From contig JBDRCO010000022.1 in NCBI GenBank assembly GCA_043821645.1, forward strand, positions 33,631-97,630: a stretch of 64,000 bases of DNA, written 5' to 3'. The notes under the pieces were generated by a model. It did no database searches. It worked only from the letters and a program-made list of their open reading frames with translations, and had not been told where the DNA came from. The translations under genes were made by a program, and so were the position numbers. Source of the stretch: Pseudomonadota bacterium (lineage in GTDB: Bacteria > Myxococcota > JACRCW01 > JAFGSX01). Shown here piece by piece: positions 51,182 to 61,156 of this stretch. Within the stretch, counting starts at the first letter, position 1. Each line of letters opens with the position of its first letter.

Positions 51182-51245
51182 GACGTCACCTCCATGACGC
51201 GGCGAACCATAGCAGAGATGGGCCAGGGGCTGCAGCGGCCGTGCG

Positions 51246-54200
51246 CTACTTGCCCTCGATGCGCGTGTTCCAGTCTCGCAGGTAGTCCTGGTGGGCGGGG
51301 TCGTCGGGATAGTGCTCGACACTCTCGTCGTAGGGGAAGTTGCTCATGGCCGCGAAGGGCAGGGGCGCCACCATGAAGGGGACCGCGCCTCCGTCGACGA
51401 GACTGGACTGCTTGTAATAGCCCAGGGTCTGCATCGCGTAGACGCGCCTCAAACCAGCGGGTGGCGGAGCCGGCGGCACGAAGCGCATGCCGACCTCGTC
51501 GCCTGGACCGAAGATGGCGAAGATGTCATCCGCCGCCGTGAGCAAGGGAGTCACGTCACCGTACCGGGTGAACGCCCCAGGAGGGAGTGGCCATCCCGGC
51601 GGTCCAGGTTGCGCGTAATGGTAGATGCGCTGGTCGCCCCCGGAGAAGGCCGAGAAGCCGTGCCGGGCCAGTGTCACAGACTGCAGCGGAGCCTCGACCA
51701 CGCTGAGCGACAGGTCGGGCGTGGTATCGATCCAGATGGCGTCGAGATAGGTCTTGTTGAACCAGCTCATGCGCACGCGGTGGTCCGCGGTGGGGAAGAT
51801 ACCCGTGATGTCGATGGCCATGACACGCGGGAACTCCTTGGGCTTGACCAGGGTGACACGGCTTCGTGAGACCTGTACCCAGTTCCCGCTGGTATCGATC
51901 ACCTCGAGTGTCGTCTGCCAGCCGTTGGGATCGTTGAGGTGCTTGTTGAGGATCCCCTCGGGCGTGCTCGAGAAACGCGAGGTGCCGTCGACTACGAGCT
52001 TGACGATCGAGGCCCCGGCAAGGCTACCGAGGTCGGCCACGATGCTGTTCCAGTACGCGCTGTTGGGGTCCTCCGAGAGCATCACCGTCTGCCCATCGGA
52101 CGAGGCCAGGGTGGCAGCCACGTCGACGCCGCTGTTCAGGTGAACGGCCGAGACCAGGGGGGTTCGCTGCGTCGAGATGGTCACCAGGCGCCTCTCCAGC
52201 TCGATGGGCGCCAGGGGGACGTTGTTGGCCCGGGAGACCAGATCGCGATCGGGGGGCAGGTCGATCGCGTACAAGCGCGCCTCGTCCAGGTAGTCGAGTT
52301 CCTCCAGCTCCTCGACGATCCGCAGGTCAAACACGCCGTCCACGATGGCCGGCGGGTGGCGCAGCACGTAGGCGTCGTGGGGATCGGGCTTGCGATAACC
52401 GTAGCCGAGCTTGAGGCCGAGCGTTCCCGACGTGTACATGTCGGACTCGAACGCGAATTCCTGACCGTCCCAGGTGTAGAGCATCGGACACGAAAAATAG
52501 TAGTCCCAGTTGAAGCACTCGCCACCCGTCCGGCAGTAGTAGTACCAGAAATCTGGCGGGCTGATGATGTCGCGGCACTCGGTGGTCGTCACGTTGCTTG
52601 TCCAGCAAGCCTCAGTGACGGAATCGCTAGTGGATCTGGCGCTGCCGGGCACGCAGGCCACGTTCTCCGGCGTCGAGTTGCCAGCTTTTCTGGCGCAGGA
52701 CCAGTTCGTGCAGGTGGCAATGACGACGGCGCCCGTGCAGGATTGGGCCGGTGTGTAGCAGGTCGCCTGACCGCTGCAGAAGCCATTGTTGGCCGCGGTC
52801 GTGCCGGTGAAGGCGGTGCAGCGCCCCTGGTTACTGACGGTGGTCCAGCCGGCCACCGTGTTGGCACAATCGTAGCCCGGGCAGTCATTGCCCCGGGGAT
52901 CGGTACCCGGTGTCGCGGCGACGCAACTCCCGGTCTGGCACTGCTGGCACGCGATGCTGCAATCGGAATGGTCGGAAGAGTTCGGCTCGCAGCGCCCATT
53001 CTCGCACCAGCGGCAGGTCCCGCAATCGCTGTGCCAGGTCGCCACCGTGTCACCGGGACAGGTCTTGTGCGTTCCATCGCAGTTCTCGGCCGTGTCGCAG
53101 ATGGGATCCAGCGCGGCTCGGCACTCCACGTTGGTGCCCGCCACCTGATCGGGGCAGGTCTTGCTCGTGCCATTGCAGTGGTCCTGAACATCGCACGCAC
53201 CGGCCGGCGTACCGCAGGGGACCCCGTTTCCCTTGACCGCGTCAGGGCATGTCTTGCCGACACCGTCGCAGTAGTCGTCCGCGTCGCACAGGTCGCTGGC
53301 AGAGCCACACAAGAAGGTAATCGGTCGCACCCTGTCCGTGGTCGGACAGCTATTGCCGACACCATCGCAGAAATCCGCCAGGTCGCAGGTTCCGTTCTGT
53401 GCCCGGCACTCGGCCACGCTCTTCTGATCTGCGGGACAGGCCGGCCCATTGCTCGGGCAGTACTCGGCAGGGTCACAGTCCCCCGCCGAGGGGTGGCAGG
53501 CGTAGCTGCCAGGACGGAAAACATCCTGGGGACAGGTGCGGTCCGTGCCGTTGCAGACCTCGGCCACGTCGCAACCACCGGCGGCCGCGGCCCGACAGAC
53601 CGTGTTGCCGGCGGCCAGGCCGTAGCTGCAGGATCCATTGGCCACGTTGCAGCTTCCCGGGCTGGTCTCGCAGCCGAGGGGCGACGTGCACTGCACGGGG
53701 TTGGAGCCCGTGCAGGCGCCACCCTGGCAACTGTCGGTCTGGGTGCAGGCATTGCTGTCATTGCACGGGGTGCTGTCGGTCAGGTTTCCATCGCAGGCCG
53801 CGCCGGTGATCGTGTACTTGCAGGCCGGGCAGATCGCAGCTGAGCACTTCTGGCCCTGCGGCGTACATCCGGCATCGCCGCACTCGCAGTGGCCGTGACC
53901 GCACTCGACATCCGTCGCGCAGCCGCGGCCGTCGTCACCCTTGCAGACCCCGGCGTAGCAGGAGCGATCTCCCGAGCACTCGCCCACATCATCCACAGGA
54001 ACGCTCTCGCCCAGACCGACGGTGCACAGGCTGCCGTTGGTGGTGTACTGGCAGGTGGTGCAGGCCTGCACCGCGCACTTGCGGGTGGCGCATTGCTCGT
54101 CCGCACACTCGCATACAGCCCGGGCACACTGGCTGGCCTGGGTGCAGGTCTGGCCCACGGCAGATTTGCAGGTGCGCGCGCCATCGCAGGCGCAGCTCGC

Positions 54201-56135
54201 TCCACTGCAGCCTGTTCCCGTGGCCGTGCACATGGCCGTTGGGGCCAGGTCGGTGAGTCCCATCGGCACTGGCGAGCAGGTGCCATTGTTGCCGCCGTTG
54301 AGCGTGCCCCGGCAGGCCTCGCAGGCGCCGCCGCAGGCGACATTGCAGCACACGCCGTCGACACAGAAGCCCGTCTGACACTGCGCGCCATCCCCGCAAT
54401 CGGCTCCCGCACCCTGCTTGGCCACGCAGACATCGCCGAGGCACACGGTGCCGCCGGGATCCGCGCAGGAGCTGGTGGTGTAGTCGGAGCAGTGCATGGC
54501 ACAGCTCGAGATCCCGGTATTGCACACGAGACCACCCGAGCACTGGGACGAGCCCGTGCAGCAGGTGCCTCCCGTCGACACGCAGCACACGCTGTTCTCG
54601 CACTTGAGACCGCTGTTGCAGGTTCCCTGGCCGGTCCCGGTGCAGGCGTCGCCCACCCCCGGGATGGGCACGCACTGGGTGCCGCTGCACTGGTAGCCAT
54701 CCTCGCAGGGAGCGGTGACCGAGCAGCTTGCTGGGCACTCCGGAGCAGCCTGGTCCACAGCGCCTGTACAGGTCCGGGCAGCCAGGTGATCGGGGCAGCC
54801 ATGGGACAGTCCCGCGCAGGCACTGTCGTCGTCGACGGTGACGCTGCCACAAACGTGGTCCACGCAGCTGGCCTCGCGCCGGCTGCCCTGGCAGGCGGTG
54901 GTGAGGGTGACGTCGTGGCAGGCCGACGCCGTCGAATAGTCCGCAGGGCATTGCAGCGGGTCATTGCAGCAGTCCCCACCGCTGCAGCAGCGCAGACCAT
55001 CGCAGTAGCCGGAGAGGCACTGCGTGGCGCCCGCCGCCGAGCAGTCCTCACCGTCGTCGAGCAGACCCTCGCACTGGCCTGTACCCGTGTTGCAGAAGGC
55101 ACCCGGCATGCAGTCCGGGTCACCGCTGCAGCTGGTGAGGCAGGCCGTTCCCCCGGCATTGCAGCGCAGGCCGTTGCAGCTGACGCGGTTGCCGTCGAGA
55201 CAGGCGCCTGCGTTGTCGCACAGGGGCATGGGATACATGTAACCCGCGCGACAGAAAGGCTGACCGCAGGACTCTCCGGGGCGGGGCGTGTAGGCGCAGC
55301 CCGACGGCTCGCAGGCACCGGTGAAGCACTCCGCATGATCCCCGGGTGGCTCGGTGCAGTCCGAGGCCTGGCTGCACCCAACACACTCACCCGCCGCACA
55401 GCGCCCACCCTGGCTTCCGGCGGGTTCGCTGGCCAGATCGCACAAGGTGCCATTGTCGGCGAGCTCGAATTCGCAGGTGGCTGTGGCCCCAGGCAGGCAC
55501 CGCCCATTGAAACGACAGCCTCCGTTGTACTGGTCACAGCGAAGGTCCTCGCACTGGATCAGGCAGGTGGTCGCGCACTGACGGCATTCCACGTCCACGG
55601 GTGCGTAGGAGCACTCGCCCGAGGCGGGCAGGCAGACCCCGCGATCCGCATAGCTCCGGTACACCGAGTCACCGGCAACGCACTCGGCAGCCGGGCGCGT
55701 CGTACACTCCTTGCGCCGCCCCACGCAGTGCCCGTCTCCATCACAAGCGTCGGCCACTGTGCACAGGTCCTCGTCGTCGCAATCCTCGCCCTCGAGCTGG
55801 CTCGCATACACGCAGCTACCCGCTCGACAGGCTGCGCCATCCGCAAGCTGGCAGTCGTTGGGCGTGGTGCAGTCGCTGTCCCCGGCGCACGCGGGATCCG
55901 GCACGCGCAGGCAGGCCCCGTTGGTGCAGGCCTGATCTTGCCGCGGACAGTCGAGGTTGCGGTTGCAGGCCTTGGCGCAGGTTCGGTCCGCGCACAGATA
56001 GCCCTCCGGGCACTGGCTGCTGTCCTGGCATGCGCCCTCCGCCGCCACCGGCTCCTTGGGACAGGCTGTTGTCAGGATCAAGGCGGTCGCCAGCAAACTC
56101 AGAGTCTGCGGCACCGTCCGACTGCTTCGCGCCAT
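51246..56135 (-). CDS. Very large Cys-rich lipoprotein with disintegrin-like repeats and a Cys-poor C-terminal domain
   Basis: Lipobox TTAC; ~1200 aa of Cys repeats including six CR/CG..CD..E/D.C.G....CP.D units; C-terminal ~400 aa begins SCPMLYTWDG. Confidence 0.85.
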   Translation of the reverse strand: MARSSRTVPQTLSLLATALILTTACPKEPVAAEGACQDSSQCPEGYLCADRTCAKACNRNLDCPRQDQACTNGACLRVPDPACAGDSDCTTPNDCQLADGAACRAGSCVYASQLEGEDCDDEDLCTVADACDGDGHCVGRRKECTTRPAAECVAGDSVYRSYADRGVCLPASGECSYAPVDVECRQCATTCLIQCEDLRCDQYNGGCRFNGRCLPGATATCEFELADNGTLCDLASEPAGSQGGRCAAGECVGCSQASDCTEPPGDHAECFTGACEPSGCAYTPRPGESCGQPFCRAGYMYPMPLCDNAGACLDGNRVSCNGLRCNAGGTACLTSCSGDPDCMPGAFCNTGTGQCEGLLDDGEDCSAAGATQCLSGYCDGLRCCSGGDCCNDPLQCPADYSTASACHDVTLTTACQGSRREASCVDHVCGSVTVDDDSACAGLSHGCPDHLAARTCTGAVDQAAPECPASCSVTAPCEDGYQCSGTQCVPIPGVGDACTGTGQGTCNSGLKCENSVCCVSTGGTCCTGSSQCSGGLVCNTGISSCAMHCSDYTTSSCADPGGTVCLGDVCVAKQGAGADCGDGAQCQTGFCVDGVCCNVACGGACEACRGTLNGGNNGTCSPVPMGLTDLAPTAMCTATGTGCSGASCACDGARTCKSAVGQTCTQASQCARAVCECADEQCATRKCAVQACTTCQYTTNGSLCTVGLGESVPVDDVGECSGDRSCYAGVCKGDDGRGCATDVECGHGHCECGDAGCTPQGQKCSAAICPACKYTITGAACDGNLTDSTPCNDSNACTQTDSCQGGACTGSNPVQCTSPLGCETSPGSCNVANGSCSYGLAAGNTVCRAAAAGGCDVAEVCNGTDRTCPQDVFRPGSYACHPSAGDCDPAEYCPSNGPACPADQKSVAECRAQNGTCDLADFCDGVGNSCPTTDRVRPITFLCGSASDLCDADDYCDGVGKTCPDAVKGNGVPCGTPAGACDVQDHCNGTSKTCPDQVAGTNVECRAALDPICDTAENCDGTHKTCPGDTVATWHSDCGTCRWCENGRCEPNSSDHSDCSIACQQCQTGSCVAATPGTDPRGNDCPGYDCANTVAGWTTVSNQGRCTAFTGTTAANNGFCSGQATCYTPAQSCTGAVVIATCTNWSCARKAGNSTPENVACVPGSARSTSDSVTEACWTSNVTTTECRDIISPPDFWYYYCRTGGECFNWDYYFSCPMLYTWDGQEFAFESDMYTSGTLGLKLGYGYRKPDPHDAYVLRHPPAIVDGVFDLRIVEELEELDYLDEARLYAIDLPPDRDLVSRANNVPLAPIELERRLVTISTQRTPLVSAVHLNSGVDVAATLASSDGQTVMLSEDPNSAYWNSIVADLGSLAGASIVKLVVDGTSRFSSTPEGILNKHLNDPNGWQTTLEVIDTSGNWVQVSRSRVTLVKPKEFPRVMAIDITGIFPTADHRVRMSWFNKTYLDAIWIDTTPDLSLSVVEAPLQSVTLARHGFSAFSGGDQRIYHYAQPGPPGWPLPPGAFTRYGDVTPLLTAADDIFAIFGPGDEVGMRFVPPAPPPAGLRRVYAMQTLGYYKQSSLVDGGAVPFMVAPLPFAAMSNFPYDESVEHYPDDPAHQDYLRDWNTRIEGK

Positions 56136-56181
56136 TCGCGCACCTCACCCCACTGCAGGGCACTTCTGAAGACCTCGCACC

Positions 56182-56209
56182 AGTGTAGCAGATCGGGGCG
56201 CCCAGTCAG
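56182..56209 (-). promoter_or_regulatory. Sigma-70-type extended -10 promoter for the large Cys-rich gene
   Basis: Minus-strand CTGACT-N16-TACACT with TG upstream of the -10. Confidence 0.45.
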
Positions 56210-56399
56210 GTCGAAGAGGGGGATGAAACAATGCCAGGGTGGGTCCCGGAGCCGGCCTGTAGAAACATCGAAGCGAGCGCAATGAGCGCAGCGAGTGACG
56301 ACGAGACGCACGTGCGGTGCGTCGCCGCAGGCGCGTGCGGCACTTCGGTCGCAGCAAGAGGATCCGACGCCGCAGCCGGTGGATGATCCCGACAGGCTC

Positions 56400-58856
56400 C
56401 TAGAACTGCCACCCAATCTCGACGTCGAAGAACAGGTTCCACTGGGCCTGTTGTCCCACGCTGGTGGCAGGATAGAAGTCGCCACCGGGCTTGAGCTGCA
56501 CCGTGCCCGCGTCGTCGTCGAGGTAGTCCAGGCGGAAGGCGCGCTGCACGCCCAGGTTGAAAGCCAGGATCAGGATCTGCAAGCGCCCGCCAAGGTAGAG
56601 CGCCTCGTTGTCCGTCGAGAACTGCAGGACCTTGCCCCACTCGTCGAGCTGGAAGTTCCGGTAGTGATAGGTGGCGAAGAGCTGCAGGAAGCCGAGGCCC
56701 TGGGTCTCCGCGTGCAGGATGAGATTGCGTGCCGCCGGCACGCTGGCCCAGTTGTCGCCCAGCTTCCAGGCGTCCTCGTACACGGCGGTGACCGCCAGGG
56801 CGTCGACCAGGGCATAGGAAGCCTCGAGGTAGAAACCACCGCGCCAGGGCTGACCGTTCTGCATGGCGAGGTAGGCGAGCTTGGTGGGCAGCGTGGCGCG
56901 CTCGTTCTCGGCGACGGAGACCGAGGCAAACTGGAAGCGGTCGACCTCGTACTGGGTGTTGAAGTAGCTGGGCAAGAAGTGCGGATCGAAGGCGCGGAGT
57001 TCGAGGCGCAGGCGCATGGCATGGGCTGCCTTCATCTCGCGCTTCGCTTTGCCCAGGCGCACGGCTTCTTCCTCGTCGTCGAGATCGCGCACCGGGCGCG
57101 CCCCGAAGTTGAGGCGCCACAGGGACCCAAAGGTCAGGCCACCACCACCCGAGGCCGCGATGTTGGCCGAAGCGATCTCGGGCAGCAGCAGGTGCGAGTA
57201 GTCCAGGTAGAGCTTGAGATCGACGTTGCTGATCTTGAGCACCTTGAGCTCGGTGTCCACACCCAGCCCCTGTACGCGCTGCCCGATCATGGCGTTGCGG
57301 TCCGCGTACATGAAACGCCCCTCGTCGACCGGGAAGCGCACCCGACCCGAGCTGCTGTCCGTGACCGTGGTCAGCGCTGTCGGGGCATTGAGGTCGGTGA
57401 CGTAGGACGCGCCGATGCTCCACGATTTGGGCAGAGTGCCGTCAAGAAACAAGCCGAGGGGCTTGACGAAGACCAGGGCGCCGAGCATGCGCGGGATGGG
57501 CAGCGGGCCGCCGATGAGCTCCACGCCGCCGATGTCACCGTAGGCATCCAGCTCGGCGAACAGGTTGCTGTCCTCGATGTCGACGTTGGGCGCGTAGCGG
57601 CGCACCAGCTGACCATGACCAATGGTGAGGGCGCGCACGCGGTTGACGTCGACAAACAGATTGTCCTCTTTGCGGCCCCAGGTCAGGTAGCGCAGGGGGG
57701 TCAGCAGATCGGTGTAGGGATAGCGCAAGGCCTGATCCCAGTCCTGGGAGCGAAAGCGCCCGACGTTGGCAAAGCCGTCGTCGTAGGTGTCGGGCTTGAA
57801 CAGGTTGATCGCGCCATGGTCGAAGGCCTCGAAGCGCAGCGGAACACCCAGACCCAGGGCAAAGGGCCCCAGATGCAGGTTGAAGTCCGGCCTCACTACC
57901 GCGTACAGCTTCTTGTCGATGTCGGCGACACCCAGGGCCAGGCCCACCGAGGAGCGGGCGTTGACGAGCTGCACGTTACCCAGGGCCGACAGCTCGCCCT
58001 TGTAGAATGCTGGCTCGTCGCTGGTCACCGCTGCAGGCGCCGGCGTCTCCTGCAGCCACTCGACGCTGTGGGTCACCACCACGTCGACGGGAACGCCCTG
58101 AACCTCGGCCGGCTTCCACGTCATGGGCTGCACAGCGGCCACGGTCATCTGGTCCACGGTCGGGTGCAATCCCTGGAGTACACGCACCTGCCGGGTGCTG
58201 CCATCCTTGCGCACCTCCACCTCGAGGTTCACCCGGCCCTCGACGAGGGCTCCGCCTTCTCCGAGGGCCAGGGCATTGAGCCTGGTCACCGGGTTGATGG
58301 GCTCCGGCATCCTGGTGACCGTCGCGGGATCCGCTGGCTCGAAGGGCGCGTCGGCGTCCGGCGCGTGGGTCGCTGTGGCGGTGGCCGCCACGGGGGTGTC
58401 TGGCTGGGAGGCCGCGGCGCTCTCGTCGGCGGGCTGCGAGGCGGGCGCCGAGGACGCGTCGGTCGCGGCGCCCATGGGCTCGACCATCAGACGCAAGGTC
58501 CCTGCCACCAGCTGGGTCCCTTCCTTGATGCAGCCGACAGCGACGTGGCCAAGACGTCTGTCCATGGCCGTGGCTGGTAGACCGGCAAGGCCCGCGGCAG
58601 GATGGGGTCGCTCCACCGTGATCTGCTGGGTGTAGCCGCAAGGTTCCTCGGTGGGACGGCCGTCGAACAGATGCCGCGTCGCCGACAGCGCCACGATGTT
58701 CCACTCGCCGAGTGTCTCCCCCGTGGCCAGGGTGCGGAAGGGCTCGCTGTGCACCTCCTGCAGCGCTGGCGCCGTGGCCAGCGCCGGGACCTGGGCCCGC
58801 AGGGACAGGGGGAGCAGCACCGTGACGACGAGCGCGAACGCGAGATGACAGCGCAT
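56400..58856 (-). CDS. Secreted protein with a TonB C-terminal domain fused to a predicted outer-membrane beta-barrel
   Basis: Signal peptide MRCHLAFALVVTVLLPLSLRA; EGRVNLEVEVRKDG..RQVRVLQG...D...AAV....WKPA...GVPV TonB_C pattern; amphipathic strands ending FDVEIGWQF. Confidence 0.8.
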   Translation of the reverse strand: MRCHLAFALVVTVLLPLSLRAQVPALATAPALQEVHSEPFRTLATGETLGEWNIVALSATRHLFDGRPTEEPCGYTQQITVERPHPAAGLAGLPATAMDRRLGHVAVGCIKEGTQLVAGTLRLMVEPMGAATDASSAPASQPADESAAASQPDTPVAATATATHAPDADAPFEPADPATVTRMPEPINPVTRLNALALGEGGALVEGRVNLEVEVRKDGSTRQVRVLQGLHPTVDQMTVAAVQPMTWKPAEVQGVPVDVVVTHSVEWLQETPAPAAVTSDEPAFYKGELSALGNVQLVNARSSVGLALGVADIDKKLYAVVRPDFNLHLGPFALGLGVPLRFEAFDHGAINLFKPDTYDDGFANVGRFRSQDWDQALRYPYTDLLTPLRYLTWGRKEDNLFVDVNRVRALTIGHGQLVRRYAPNVDIEDSNLFAELDAYGDIGGVELIGGPLPIPRMLGALVFVKPLGLFLDGTLPKSWSIGASYVTDLNAPTALTTVTDSSSGRVRFPVDEGRFMYADRNAMIGQRVQGLGVDTELKVLKISNVDLKLYLDYSHLLLPEIASANIAASGGGGLTFGSLWRLNFGARPVRDLDDEEEAVRLGKAKREMKAAHAMRLRLELRAFDPHFLPSYFNTQYEVDRFQFASVSVAENERATLPTKLAYLAMQNGQPWRGGFYLEASYALVDALAVTAVYEDAWKLGDNWASVPAARNLILHAETQGLGFLQLFATYHYRNFQLDEWGKVLQFSTDNEALYLGGRLQILILAFNLGVQRAFRLDYLDDDAGTVQLKPGGDFYPATSVGQQAQWNLFFDVEIGWQF

Positions 58857-58988
58857 GCGCGAACTCCTGGTCGAGGGACGAAATCGGTGTGCTCTTTGTA
58901 TCAGAGCCGGCCGCGCGTCGAAAGCTCTGGCTCCAGATCGGGATTCACCGGCATTGACCTCGCTGCGACGACCTGCCAGGTTGACGGC

Positions 58989-59219
58989 ATGCTTCCGCCA
59001 GACGATGACGACGTCGAACACAGGGACGAGCCCCTCCTGCTCAACGTGAACGCGCTGCGGCGCGAAGGTGACGTCAGCACCTGCCTGCGACCTCTGGGGC
59101 TGTGTGAACTCGGGAGCTGCGACATGTGCTGGTACAGCCCCGAGGCCAGGGCGCGCCTGGCCGAGCGTCGCGAATCCGACAACGTCCCCGGCTCTCCCTC
59201 CGACCCCAAGGAGCGCTGA
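58989..59219 (+). CDS. Possible small protein with a four-Cys cluster
   Basis: 76-aa ORF filling the gap between two minus-strand genes; C-x6-C-x4-C-x2-C; no clear RBS. Confidence 0.4.
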   Translation: MLPPDDDDVEHRDEPLLLNVNALRREGDVSTCLRPLGLCELGSCDMCWYSPEARARLAERRESDNVPGSPSDPKER

Positions 59220-59226
59220 CCGGCGT

Positions 59227-61038
59227 TCAGACCCGGATCCGCTTGCGAGCGAGCCGAGCCAGGGCCAACCCGACGAGGGCCAGGACCCAGCTCGCCCCCC
59301 GGTGACTGGTCGCAGAGCAGGAGAGCCCCTGGCCGAGCTCGAGGGCGTCCACCGACGACGTGGTGTTCGCGGGCGGCAGGCCCTCACCTTCACCCGCTGC
59401 TTCGGATGGCTCGCTCGGGTGTGCGCTGGCGTCCTCTCCAAACCCCGCATCCACGTCGTTTGCAGGACTCGCATCGACCTCACTGGCGTCGCCCTGCTCA
59501 CCACTGTCCGGAGCACCTGCGTCCGCCTCCGGGGCGCTGCCCATGCCGTTCTCGTCGTCGAGCACATAGACCGCGGGGCCGCTGCCCTGCATCAGGAAGG
59601 GCGCTGCAGGCCACGGCGCACCGCGGGGCATGGCCGCGATCTCCTCTGCGGGCACACTCTCGACGGCGTCCCAGGAAAAGCGCCACACCTCGAAGGAGGC
59701 GGAACTGGTGACGTGACGACGCACCCCGGTATCCAGCAGCCACACCTCTGGCGTGTCGTCGTCGCCGCGGACCAGGCGCGGCTGCGAGGGTAAAGCTGGG
59801 CCCTCGCGATAGCTCGATAGCAGCGCGTCGTCGACGTGTGCCAGGTCCTCGAAGGTCGAGAAGTGCCAGGCCTCGAGGGACGCGGGGTTCACCACCCAGC
59901 GGATCCTGCCCTGGGCTGCGGACAGGGGCGGAGCCGGAGGATCGCAGCGCAGCGTCGCAGGTGCATTGCCGAGCAACGCGTTGACGCCTCCCGCGCTGTC
60001 GATGGCATAGGCATAGACGGGATGGTCGCGGCCATCGCGCAGCGAGCGCGGTGTGCTGCGCACGAAACCGTGGTCGCAGGAGCCGATGGCGGCACACAGA
60101 TCCGCGCGGTTGCGGTCGGCGGCGAGGGACAGCCCGATCGCGGCCGCATCGCCCGCAGGCCCGTCGACGTAGAGATGCACGGCGATGGCCTCGCCGGGTG
60201 CGTCCGGGTCCTGCGCCCAGCCGCGGATCTCGTCGCAGCTCGCCGCGTCGAGATGGCCGATGGGGGGCTGGTTCACCGGCGCAGGTGGCGCCACGCACGA
60301 GCCGCTGGCGGTCTCGAGACCCGCGTCCATGCCGTAGTAGAAGTGCAGGATGTCGAGGTAGTTCCAGCCGGCGTCGGCCAGACAGCGCGAGCCCCACTGC
60401 GACAGGCATCCGCGGTTGGCGTTGTTGCCGCTGTTGACCCAGCCCAGGGTGCTCTGGTGGATGCCGCTGCCCGACAGGTTCCAGTTGTAGGTCACGTAGC
60501 GTTCGGTGTTGGTGCTGTCGCTGGTGCCGCCCTGGCAGCTCGGTGCGGACTGCCGCGCTCCGGCCACGAAGAACGAACAGATCACGCCCCCGCGGTAGCT
60601 CAGGAACTGGCCGGCGGTCTCGCGCACGGCGCGGATCTGGGCGTCGCCGGGTTGCGCCGAGCAGGAATAGACCTGGTCGCTGGTGCCGTCGCGGATGGAA
60701 CCGTACAGGCTGAGCTTGTAGTACAAGTAGGTGCGCGCGGCCACAGCCTGAGCCTTGAGCGACTCGAAGGGCGCGCCGCCGTTCTCGCAGGTCACCACGT
60801 GCGGCAGGTAGTCGCTCTCGACGTCGACCAGGCCGTGGCCCTCGACCTGGGCCGAGCAGAAGGCACTCAGCGGAAGGGGCACCTCGTACAGGGCCTCGAG
60901 CTCGACGTCGGCCGTGGGCCCGCAGGCGATGAGCGGATGGACCAGCATCCAGGTGGCGGCCACGCCGATGCAGACACGTGACAGCCCTGGTGTGGCGGGG
61001 TGATGCGTGGACACGTGAGGCTTCCTCCTGGCACTCAC
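59227..61038 (-). CDS. SpoIID/LytB-domain peptidoglycan hydrolase with a MYXO-CTERM-type anchor
   Basis: YLPHVVTCE, LKAQAVAARTY, DQVY and GCLSQWGS..LA..GWNY.DIL.FYY motifs; C-terminal GLSC...hydrophobic...RKRIRV; exact start uncertain. Confidence 0.85.
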   Translation of the reverse strand: MSARRKPHVSTHHPATPGLSRVCIGVAATWMLVHPLIACGPTADVELEALYEVPLPLSAFCSAQVEGHGLVDVESDYLPHVVTCENGGAPFESLKAQAVAARTYLYYKLSLYGSIRDGTSDQVYSCSAQPGDAQIRAVRETAGQFLSYRGGVICSFFVAGARQSAPSCQGGTSDSTNTERYVTYNWNLSGSGIHQSTLGWVNSGNNANRGCLSQWGSRCLADAGWNYLDILHFYYGMDAGLETASGSCVAPPAPVNQPPIGHLDAASCDEIRGWAQDPDAPGEAIAVHLYVDGPAGDAAAIGLSLAADRNRADLCAAIGSCDHGFVRSTPRSLRDGRDHPVYAYAIDSAGGVNALLGNAPATLRCDPPAPPLSAAQGRIRWVVNPASLEAWHFSTFEDLAHVDDALLSSYREGPALPSQPRLVRGDDDTPEVWLLDTGVRRHVTSSASFEVWRFSWDAVESVPAEEIAAMPRGAPWPAAPFLMQGSGPAVYVLDDENGMGSAPEADAGAPDSGEQGDASEVDASPANDVDAGFGEDASAHPSEPSEAAGEGEGLPPANTTSSVDALELGQGLSCSATSHRGASWVLALVGLALARLARKRIRV

Positions 61039-61156
61039 TGTGCACCACGCGCCGCAGCCTGTGCATCGGCCAGAAGCATGTCGGTCATGTGACCGAGAAC
61101 CGCGCCAAATTCTGTCTCACGCCCACCGGCCCCGGGGCTTCTGCTATCTTCTGTAC

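Noticed and set aside
58857-59567. N-terminal extension of the 1055-aa minus-strand ORF
   Set aside because: Overlaps the SpoIID gene in another frame; the signal peptide begins at ATG 58856
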